From a virus (taxonomy: Duplodnaviria > Caudoviricetes): a stretch of DNA of 64,000 nucleotides. Made by a program: the position numbers and the translations under genes. Positions 56,798 to 64,000 of this stretch are shown piece by piece; positions within the stretch are counted from its first letter, which is position 1, and each line of letters starts with the position of its first letter. The stretch lies in the IMG/VR virus record IMGVR_UViG_3300049182_000044, positions 128,001 to 192,000 of that record; one strand, written 5' to 3'. The notes under the pieces are model-generated. The model made no database searches, had not been told where the DNA came from, and saw only the letters and a list, made by a program, of their open reading frames with translations.

Positions 56798-57355
56798 CTA
56801 ATCCCATAGATCCGAAAAGGAAACTGACGAAAACATCAGAGGAAGCGGCCTACGCTGCAAGGCTGAATTTACTTGTTCCAGCCAATAGCCTAGCCTAGGT
56901 GTAAGTGCGCCGATCTTGGCCGCAAGGGTTATATGTGGTTCGTAGGTCGGAAACGAATGCTGCGCACCGAGCTTAACCAATATATCATGTAAATTAACGA
57001 GTCCATCACTTTTCACATTCAAAACGAGATAGCCTACGTTATCGTGACCTGGCCAGTAATCCGCGCCAACTACACTGGCTGGAAATCTCTGGCACACAGC
57101 ATCACATACGCCCAGTATTTCACTCTTCCTAACAGGAACCCGTGACCAGATAACTGTTATGTGAGCGTCGTCCAAGTAATCACCTGGCCGTACTGGGCAT
57201 GGAATTTGTTGGAGGATCAAATCCGTTACTGCACGTTTTTCCTTACCCTTCACGGGAACTAGCTTCACGTACATTCCGGCATTACCGGAAAACCTCGAAA
57301 AGTCGATACTTGGGTTTTCCTTCAATCTTTGGCCCAAGCTAAACATTGAGGTCAT
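56798..57355 (-). CDS. 2H-phosphoesterase, Acb1 / T4 gp57B-like
   Basis: Two HxT motifs (AHITVI, PHITLA) with spacing typical of 2H enzymes; HSFPTYEPH. Confidence 0.7.
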   Translation of the reverse strand: MTSMFSLGQRLKENPSIDFSRFSGNAGMYVKLVPVKGKEKRAVTDLILQQIPCPVRPGDYLDDAHITVIWSRVPVRKSEILGVCDAVCQRFPASVVGADYWPGHDNVGYLVLNVKSDGLVNLHDILVKLGAQHSFPTYEPHITLAAKIGALTPRLGYWLEQVNSALQRRPLPLMFSSVSFSDLWD

Positions 57356-57363
57356 GACTCCCT

Positions 57364-57993
57364 CTATGTCAGCTGTTTGACGTCTTTCGCTACCTCGATC
57401 AGTAACGAATCCATCGGTTTCTTGACCGCTGCGATGGCCTTGTTTTCCTTACGTGCTTGAATCAAGTTCGTCACATAAGGAGCGATTTCACTTTCCCATT
57501 CAGGGTGCAGGCGCATAGTTGCGAAGTGATCTGCCGGAATATAGCCTTGCGCCCCAATGAAGTTCTCAGCCCGAGTAAGAAGTTCATACTTCCATTCTTC
57601 TTGCTGCGCTAACTGGTGAGCTTCGTGATCCGGCAGATCCTTATGCTTACAGTGCGGTCGAACCCGCTTAATCAGCATAGTCAGGAAATCGAGTTCCCGC
57701 TCTGCTTCGTCAATACAGTCCTGTCCGTGAGATTTCATCAACTCGATTTCGAGTATATCTGCCTCCGCTTTCAGGACCTTACCTTTTGAGAACATACGCA
57801 TCAAGGTGCTGCTTACGATGCGCTTTGCCTCCACCAGTTTCGCCTGAGCACGCTTGTCTGCCACCTGAGCGTTATTCAGTGCTAGCTGCCTTTCCTCTCG
57901 CAGTTCACATAGAACGCGATAAGCCTCGTCTGGCGTGTGCGTCTTTCCTACAAGGAAATAAAGCACCTGGAAACGTGAGTTTCGCCAATGCAT
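57364..57993 (-). CDS. Coiled-coil hypothetical protein
   Basis: SxFQ..YF..G..HTPD..Y...EL motif and heptad pattern. Confidence 0.55.
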   Translation of the reverse strand: MHWRNSRFQVLYFLVGKTHTPDEAYRVLCELREERQLALNNAQVADKRAQAKLVEAKRIVSSTLMRMFSKGKVLKAEADILEIELMKSHGQDCIDEAERELDFLTMLIKRVRPHCKHKDLPDHEAHQLAQQEEWKYELLTRAENFIGAQGYIPADHFATMRLHPEWESEIAPYVTNLIQARKENKAIAAVKKPMDSLLIEVAKDVKQLT

Positions 57994-58047
57994 GATGTAC
58001 TGCCTTTCTTTTCGATTCGTATGTCAGAAAATTATGAATAGCAATCA

Positions 58048-58968
58048 TCACAAACCGCCATGGCTGTCGCCAACCGCAGCGTGCTGACGAACAGGAGTAC
58101 TAAGAGCAGTACCGGAAGAAACCGTGTTCGAGGCATACGTGTAGATATCCGTAGCACCTGAATAGTAAGGATCTGTGGCCTGCTGACCGCCGTTGATAAC
58201 CGCGATAGTGGCATCACCTGTTCCAGCACGATACTGCAAAGCATTACCCAACGCGGTTCCAGCTGTAACAGCCAGGGTCGAGAAGTTGAATCGGTCGGTA
58301 TAGGTTGAATACACACCGCCCGTATGGCCGCCGGCAAACAGAGCTTGATGCCCTGTCGAGGCCGCAGCCAAGCCATTACGTCCTAAACCGAGGCTCGTTG
58401 TCTGAGCTGCGCTCATAGAAGCGTAGGTCCACAAATCGGTAAAGATCGTACTAGTGGCCGTGATGCCGCCGCCGAATACGCCAACCAGTGGATTGCCAGC
58501 GGCTGCGAGCTCGCGTCGATTACGAGCCAGATTGCCGCTAGGGCTACTAGACTGCGACGCGAAGGTATACTTGTCGGTTGAGCCAAGCGGTGATCCGTTA
58601 TAGCCACCACCCACAATGCCGATTTCAGAGTTGCTGATACCTGCGCCATACGCCCGCGCAACGCTGAGATTCGCAGTATAGTTCCACGCAGATGTAGCGA
58701 ACTCGACTCGCTCTGCAATCGTAGAGTAATTGCCACCGAAACCGCCTGCTGCGATACCGTGAGTCTGATTGGAAATACCTGCAGCGCCACGACGAGCAGT
58801 ACCCAACTTCGTGGCCGCAGTGACAGCGTGGTTATCGAATTGATAGCGTCGTACTGTATCTAAGTTGGTGTTAAAATAACCGCCAACGAAAAGCCCAATG
58901 CCCAACTCACCCGGGTTGCCAATTGGGATCAAGTTCATGATGGCTGGCTGAAACATGATAATGGACAT
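58048..58968 (-). CDS. Kelch-like beta-propeller protein
   Basis: About 6 repeats of GxxxGG...D/ExxxFAT...GxLxxARxxxA. Confidence 0.65.
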   Translation of the reverse strand: MSIIMFQPAIMNLIPIGNPGELGIGLFVGGYFNTNLDTVRRYQFDNHAVTAATKLGTARRGAAGISNQTHGIAAGGFGGNYSTIAERVEFATSAWNYTANLSVARAYGAGISNSEIGIVGGGYNGSPLGSTDKYTFASQSSSPSGNLARNRRELAAAGNPLVGVFGGGITATSTIFTDLWTYASMSAAQTTSLGLGRNGLAAASTGHQALFAGGHTGGVYSTYTDRFNFSTLAVTAGTALGNALQYRAGTGDATIAVINGGQQATDPYYSGATDIYTYASNTVSSGTALSTPVRQHAAVGDSHGGL

Positions 58969-58979
58969 TGGAACTCCGC

Positions 58980-59342
58980 TTATGTTCGTTTTTCGCCGTT
59001 GTACGGTTTTGCGTGACCGGCGTCAATCATTTGTTGGTTAAGGCTGACAGAATTATCAGGTAGATACAGCACAGCAAGATAACGGCCATACTTCTCTTTT
59101 TCGTCCTTGTAGGTCTTGATGATGATTTCGTCGTAGCCCATCAGTAGGCGTGCGAGGAAGGCTTTTGCGTCTTTGCCTTCCGGAGTATTCTTTTCGGGAG
59201 CGTTGATTCCGCTCAACCGACATTTCATTTTGATACGCAGATCACAACCTAGGTCTGCGTCGAGGATAACCGTATCCCCATCTGTGATTTCGACGACTAC
59301 TGCCTTACGCACGTACTCGTCTTTTGGAACTCGCTTAGCCAT
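58980..59342 (-). CDS. Staphylococcal nuclease (SNase/thermonuclease)-like protein
   Basis: DGDT, RL.GINAPE, KYGRYLA catalytic motifs. Confidence 0.85.
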   Translation of the reverse strand: MAKRVPKDEYVRKAVVVEITDGDTVILDADLGCDLRIKMKCRLSGINAPEKNTPEGKDAKAFLARLLMGYDEIIIKTYKDEKEKYGRYLAVLYLPDNSVSLNQQMIDAGHAKPYNGEKRT

Positions 59343-59401
59343 GATCTATAACTCCAATGGAGAACAGGCTCGCACTCCTGAGAATGCGAGCCCGGTACTA
59401 C

Positions 59402-59851
59402 TTAATCGACGAAGCTCAGGATCGCCTTGCCTGCGATAGGCATGGAGAACTTAAGTTCGACGGTATCGTTGTCCACCAACTTGATAAGGTCGGGGATGAC
59501 CGATTGGTACGAACCGTCAACGTTCAGCTGGTAGGCTTGCACCACACAGTTGAACGAAGCCAGATTGTGTACCAGCGTCCAAGTGGACATTTCGCTACCT
59601 TCCGCCACATCGGCGATGAAGTGGCGAACGCCGCCTGCGTTGCCGTTACCGTCCAGGTTGTTGAGAGTCACACCTTGCAGCTGGCCATTGACACGAGCCA
59701 GCACTTGGCCGTCCGTAAGATCAATGAATTGCAGCTGACGAGGACCCTGACCGCGACGAACCGGGATAGATTCCAGATTGCCGTCAGTCGGAGTAAATGG
59801 ACGTAACGGTAACTCTTGTTGTACAAACTGTTCAAAAGCTGAGCCGGCCAT
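59402..59851 (-). CDS. Putative virion structural protein
   Basis: WTLVHNL..VVQAY..PD.I...D...V.F..P..G.A domain common in phage structural proteins. Confidence 0.5.
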   Translation of the reverse strand: MAGSAFEQFVQQELPLRPFTPTDGNLESIPVRRGQGPRQLQFIDLTDGQVLARVNGQLQGVTLNNLDGNGNAGGVRHFIADVAEGSEMSTWTLVHNLASFNCVVQAYQLNVDGSYQSVIPDLIKLVDNDTVELKFSMPIAGKAILSFVD

Positions 59852-59852
59852 G

Positions 59853-61517
59853 TTACATTACCTCCTCGACTTCGACCTGGAGTGTACCCGTCGTGTTGGA
59901 ACCAGCGAACGCCGCATCCGTCAGATAGAGGTAACCGCCAGCCGGGTTGTAATTGCCGTCCGCATCGGTGATCGTGAAACCGCCAATGAAGTCAGTGGTA
60001 TCGGTACGACGAGTCAGATCACCAGAGGTGCCTGCGTACTTCGCAGTTACCTTGCTGAAGTCTGCGACCACGGTGCCGATTGCAGCAGTGCGCGAGAACG
60101 CTGCGAACGTCAAGGTACGGCGCTCGAAACCACCAACGGTGTAAGCTGCGCCGCTAGTGATAGTGCTGCCAACCACGTCTGCAAGGCCGGTCATCGACAA
60201 GCCGCTGAAGGTTTGTGCGCCATCAGCATCAGCATCGGTGATCGTGAGTGTGCGCGACCATACGTTGCCAGACAGAGTCCACGAACCACTGAACGTACCG
60301 GACGAAGCGTTGAGCGTCGGAGCCGATTTGAGCACTTGGTTCGGGGTGATGTTGACCGTGTAGGTCTTGCCGGCTGCGCTGCCCACCAGACGAGTCGGGT
60401 TGCCCGTGATCGTGATCGCTGCGGTTGCTGCTGCATCTGCGATGTTGATCTGAGCTTGAGCCGTCGAGACTGCACCGTTCGAGGCCTTGGTAGCCGTGAT
60501 AGTGTAGTTGTTGACGTTGCGAACGTAGCCGCTTGTGCCGGCCAGACGGGTGACGGTCTTCGTAGCTGCATACGTGTTCGGGTCAGTTACTGACAAGTCC
60601 GAACTGGAGCTGTACACCACCGTGTCCGCATTGGTGATCGTAGAAGCAACTGCAACAGATTCCGTGCCCTTGATAGCCAGCTGAGTACCAGGGTAGGTAA
60701 TCGTGCGAGCGCCAATGGTCGGATAGGTCTGGTTCAGCGTAACAGTGTTGCCAGACAGGACGTTGTTACCGTAAGTGCCAAGAGCATTACGAGCACGAGC
60801 CGAAACACGCTGTGCGCCCGTACCAGAACCGACAGTGAAAGTACCGCTAAAAGTACGCAGACCTGCACCAGCAGAATCCACTGCACCCAACGTCTGAGCA
60901 GACAGGGAACCGGCTGCACCGCCAGAAATGATTTCAACATAGGCCGCTGCATTAGGAACAACGCCCGATACTTGAACCACGTCACCGGACTTGACTTCAG
61001 TTTGCGAGCCAGGCAATGCCCCGATGGTGACAGAAGTCACGTCAGGGCCAGCCACTGCACGACGTACCGTAGTGGAAGTCGTAACGCCAGTGCTGGACGT
61101 TGCGGTCACAACTACGTCTTCGGTGATACCAGTCATGGCGAACGAACCGGTGAAGAAACGTTTGTCGTTTGCGTCTTCGGCGAGTGCCACGGTGCCTGGA
61201 GTACCTGGGAGAGGCGGAACCGTCGTGATGGTAATGGTTGGAGAATAGAAGGCGGAACCACCTTCGCACACCAGAGTCACAGTGACATTGTTAGTGTCGG
61301 CTGTACCTTCGGTGATGACCTTGTTTGCAGGAATCGTGTTGGGAGCATACTGCTTGTTCCCGACAATACCTGCGCCGGTAGGAGCGATGTTCGTGAAGAA
61401 CACACCGCCACCACCCGCTGCTGCTGACTGCACTACCTGATCGACATACTGTTTGTTCACCAGATGGTCGTTCGCGGTAGGAGTGTCAGCGCATTCAATT
61501 AGACCTTGTACGCGCAT
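59853..61517 (-). CDS. Ig-like multidomain virion protein
   Basis: Thr/Gly-rich beta-sandwich repeats; PTANDHLVNKQYVD N-terminal fibre motif. Confidence 0.55.
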   Translation of the reverse strand: MRVQGLIECADTPTANDHLVNKQYVDQVVQSAAAGGGGVFFTNIAPTGAGIVGNKQYAPNTIPANKVITEGTADTNNVTVTLVCEGGSAFYSPTITITTVPPLPGTPGTVALAEDANDKRFFTGSFAMTGITEDVVVTATSSTGVTTSTTVRRAVAGPDVTSVTIGALPGSQTEVKSGDVVQVSGVVPNAAAYVEIISGGAAGSLSAQTLGAVDSAGAGLRTFSGTFTVGSGTGAQRVSARARNALGTYGNNVLSGNTVTLNQTYPTIGARTITYPGTQLAIKGTESVAVASTITNADTVVYSSSSDLSVTDPNTYAATKTVTRLAGTSGYVRNVNNYTITATKASNGAVSTAQAQINIADAAATAAITITGNPTRLVGSAAGKTYTVNITPNQVLKSAPTLNASSGTFSGSWTLSGNVWSRTLTITDADADGAQTFSGLSMTGLADVVGSTITSGAAYTVGGFERRTLTFAAFSRTAAIGTVVADFSKVTAKYAGTSGDLTRRTDTTDFIGGFTITDADGNYNPAGGYLYLTDAAFAGSNTTGTLQVEVEEVM

Positions 61518-61545
61518 TTTCAGATCCTATAGGGTTGATGAAACT

Positions 61546-61564
61546 GGGCAGGAGCGACCTGCCC
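61546..61564 (-). terminator. Possible terminator after the protease gene
   Basis: GGGCAGG / CCTGCCC stem followed by AGTTT on the - strand. Confidence 0.35.
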
Positions 61565-61585
61565 TACTTATACCACACCGACCGA

Positions 61586-62332
61586 TCAGAACTGTGAAGG
61601 GTTCAGCAGATGCGGACCGATCGCTGTGACGTAAGAGGGATTCGCAACGACGCTTGTCTCGAAGCCCACAATGTCGTGGCACTGGCGATAGGACAAACGG
61701 CCTTGCGGAGTTTGATACGTTGGACGACGCGGGTAGGTGTGTTCGCACGGCTTGCTGTTCATGCCTTGACCGACATGCGCGTTGCAGATCGAGCAAGTGT
61801 ACGACTTGAAGTAGAAGCCTACCGAGTATGCATTGTTGTCTTTCTTGAGAATCGAGTTGACCAGCAGTGGATCCTTCGTGCGGTCATAAGCCATCAGCTC
61901 GACCAGCTTGTAGTAACGACCGCCGCCGAAACGCTTGAGCGGACGCAGAAACACATCGAGGATCACGCCCTTGGCTTTCTCGATGATCTTGTTGTCGTGT
62001 TCCAGATGGCAGGGCTTGCCACGGAATGTCTTAAACGCCTGCATACCCATTTCAGGGTTGAATTGCATGAACTCTTGCAGGGTCACGCTATCACCATTGG
62101 TATTGGGAATTTCTGAAAACATTACCGGAACAGGAACGAGAACATAGTCGCGAATGTCGGTGGACAAATTGTACTTCTTCGCAGCCCAGGGCAACCATAA
62201 GTTTGCCTCAATAGTACCGCCTTCGCTCATACCCGCTTGCTTTGCAGCCTGCTCCGGATCTTTGTACATCTCTACGGCTGGCTCACCAAATCCAAAACAT
62301 TGGCTAATGAATTGCTCACTTACGTTTTTCAT
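61586..62332 (-). CDS. Prohead maturation protease
   Basis: PNTNGD, GKP..LEH, YSVG (candidate catalytic His/Ser), CxxC..C.H insertion, ETSVVANP terminal motif. Confidence 0.65.
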   Translation of the reverse strand: MKNVSEQFISQCFGFGEPAVEMYKDPEQAAKQAGMSEGGTIEANLWLPWAAKKYNLSTDIRDYVLVPVPVMFSEIPNTNGDSVTLQEFMQFNPEMGMQAFKTFRGKPCHLEHDNKIIEKAKGVILDVFLRPLKRFGGGRYYKLVELMAYDRTKDPLLVNSILKKDNNAYSVGFYFKSYTCSICNAHVGQGMNSKPCEHTYPRRPTYQTPQGRLSYRQCHDIVGFETSVVANPSYVTAIGPHLLNPSQF

Positions 62333-63281
62333 CTAGGGTTCCTCTTCTAGAAATCTTAAAGTCGTGTTCCCACATAACTATTAAATTATAGCCCAAGGAT
62401 CGGATCAGATCTTCCCGTTCAAGTGTTTCCTTGTACAGGCGGCCAGCGGTTTTATTGCTAAACGGGTTTGGTTTTGATCTAGGTGAATGCTTCCTCGGAT
62501 TGCCGTGAAAGTCGTCACCGTGAAATTCAAATACGGTCTTACTTAACGCATGGTATCCATCTACTCTAATTCGCGTTCCTGGAATGCGAAACTCTCCGCC
62601 CTTTCTAGCGTGTTGCACCTTACGCAACTTCCTACGGCGCGCTTCAGCTTCAATCCAAGCTATCGCCATTGAGGAACTTCCATTGCAGCATCCTTGACAA
62701 CCGTGACCAGCTAAATGCGAATAGGTGTATTGATAGAAGGGTCCATGCTTTTCACAAATGATCTTTACCTTCGTATCTGAGTTCTTGTACTCTGTTTCTG
62801 AGTAGTCGTATCTTGAGCCATGCTTTTTCTTAGCGGCTCTAATGAATTCTTCCAGACTACCTGAACGATGCTTTGAAACTGATTCATACCCACATGACGG
62901 ACAGCCGAACCCAGCTAAATGGTCACTGGGGGTTTGAGGAAATGATCCGTGCTTTTTGCAAACGATCTCAACCTTAACAGAATTCTTTCGGTAGTCTACC
63001 TTTCGATAGTCATATTTAGATCCATGCACCTCTACAGCCTTCTTTATGAAAGCCGGAGTCGAAGACCTTAACTTACTAGATATGGAAAGCTTCTTACACT
63101 CGGGGCATCCGCTTCCACCCAAATGGTTCGTAGGTGATTGCCAGAAGGCTCCGTGGCTCCTGCAAATTATTTCAACTTTCACGGCGGCGCCAAGGTAATC
63201 TGTCTTAGCATAAGAATATTGCGTCCCATGCTTTTCCTTAGCTCTGCCTATCCACTCTTTAGTGGTTATCACTTTAGGCAT
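62316..63281 (-). mobile_element. Homing endonuclease-like gene with DUF723-type Zn repeats and a Vsr/PD-(D/E)XK C-terminal nuclease
   Basis: Three HG..YDY....Y......V.I.C..HG.F.Q....HL.G.GC..C repeats; RVDGY...EFHGD.FHG; start MPKV at 63281 with GGAG RBS. Confidence 0.75.
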
Positions 63282-63383
63282 CTTATACTCCACACAGTTA
63301 AAGGGAATAGCTATGACAGTATCTGCAGTGTGGTGCAGAAGGGCTGGCCGGCCTTTTCCTGTCAAAGCTATTTTGATACTCTG

Positions 63384-63782
63384 TTATAGATCGATCTTGA
63401 TCTTGATCTTGTTCGAGGACATTGAAGGATGCGGACTAATCTTCATTGTCGGGAAATGTTCAATCGGCCTGAGACCGAAGTAGCGATTGTCTTCAGACGG
63501 AAGCTTGTGCTTTGCAGGGCCACTTCCAGAAGAAGGAGTACCGAAGGCTTTAGCACGTTTACGCTTCGTTTCTTTCTTCTTCGGTGAGGTCTCGATGTTG
63601 ATATTTTCGTCCTTTTCAGGAGGATTCAGCTGATCGTTTGTGCGCCTGAACTTAGGATTGTGCGTGATCGGGTTGTCACCGAAGTAATGAAAGTCACCAT
63701 TCGGCACCACATTCTTCAATGTCTCCAGATCGCTTTCAGGTCGTGCGTAACCAGCGAGTGAAATTCTGATCTTACTCTTCAT
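63384..63782 (-). CDS. Hypothetical basic protein
   Basis: Begins MKSKIRISLA; ATGA overlap with the upstream ORF. Confidence 0.5.
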   Translation of the reverse strand: MKSKIRISLAGYARPESDLETLKNVVPNGDFHYFGDNPITHNPKFRRTNDQLNPPEKDENINIETSPKKKETKRKRAKAFGTPSSGSGPAKHKLPSEDNRYFGLRPIEHFPTMKISPHPSMSSNKIKIKIDL

Positions 63783-63976
63783 TTCTTTTTGCCCTGGAAC
63801 AGATCGACGAAATCCTTAACGTCGTCCTCACTCCAATCCTTGGAGAACAGGATCGTGTAGTAATCAGGTAACGTCAGGCGCTTGGGATCGAGCATTTGCT
63901 CGTACTGATCTTTCTTTCCCGAACTGCCGTCCTTTAACGACAAGTAGCGGTACTCCTTAATCAGACGTTGCAGCAA
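63779..63976 (-). CDS. Small hypothetical protein
   Basis: 65-aa ORF coupled to the 63384 ORF. Confidence 0.45.
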   Translation of the reverse strand: MLQRLIKEYRYLSLKDGSSGKKDQYEQMLDPKRLTLPDYYTILFSKDWSEDDVKDFVDLFQGKKK

Positions 63977-64000
63977 CTGATTGGTGCCCTCGGAATGCCA

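Noticed and set aside
63282-63365. N-terminal extension (MTGKGRPALL...) of the DUF723 endonuclease as a second case of start capture
   Set aside because: It depends on a TTG start without an RBS. The ATG at 63281 has a good GGAG RBS and no duplicated peptide was found downstream.
1-64000. Stop-codon reassignment, tRNA or rRNA genes
   Set aside because: Genes tile the window intact under the standard code with TAA, TAG and TGA all used as stops. No cloverleaf or rRNA-like sequence was noticed in the short intergenic gaps (by eye only).

Overview
The window is a 64-kb slice of the virion-morphogenesis region of a large contractile-tailed (myovirus-type, probably jumbo) bacteriophage. The spanin pair implies a Gram-negative host. 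Bases 1-10780 are a + strand block: a partial tail fibre, a five-member paralogous protein array, SPRY/LamG proteins, spanins and a hemerythrin. It meets a - strand block at a bidirectional terminator. Read from the right, the - strand block encodes prohead protease, Ig-like and propeller proteins, an SNase, a 2H-phosphoesterase (Acb1-like), scaffold, decoration protein, major capsid, tail terminator, sheath and two tube-fold proteins. It continues with a frameshifting tail chaperone, tape measure, T4-like baseplate genes (gp48/54-, gp53-, gp27-, gp5-, PAAR, gp25-, gp6-like) and about 20 kb of modular fibre/adhesin genes containing a holin-like/transglycosylase pair. Three homing-endonuclease-type genes are inserted. 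Gene order and capsid style recall RSL1/Lu11/PaBG-type jumbo phages (from memory, unverified). The most notable observations are: (1) three adjacent, translationally coupled self-cleaving proteins, namely an S74 fibre, a Hint-capped Gly-rich adhesin and a PanD-like pyruvoyl enzyme with an altered substrate pocket; (2) a fibre containing five copies of one domain nested inside each other; (3) an endonuclease that has taken over the first codons of the PAAR gene, which restarts from a recoded copy; (4) a U-UUU-UUC -1 frameshift before the tape measure gene; (5) a candidate late-promoter motif. All calls come from reading motifs by eye; no searches were run.
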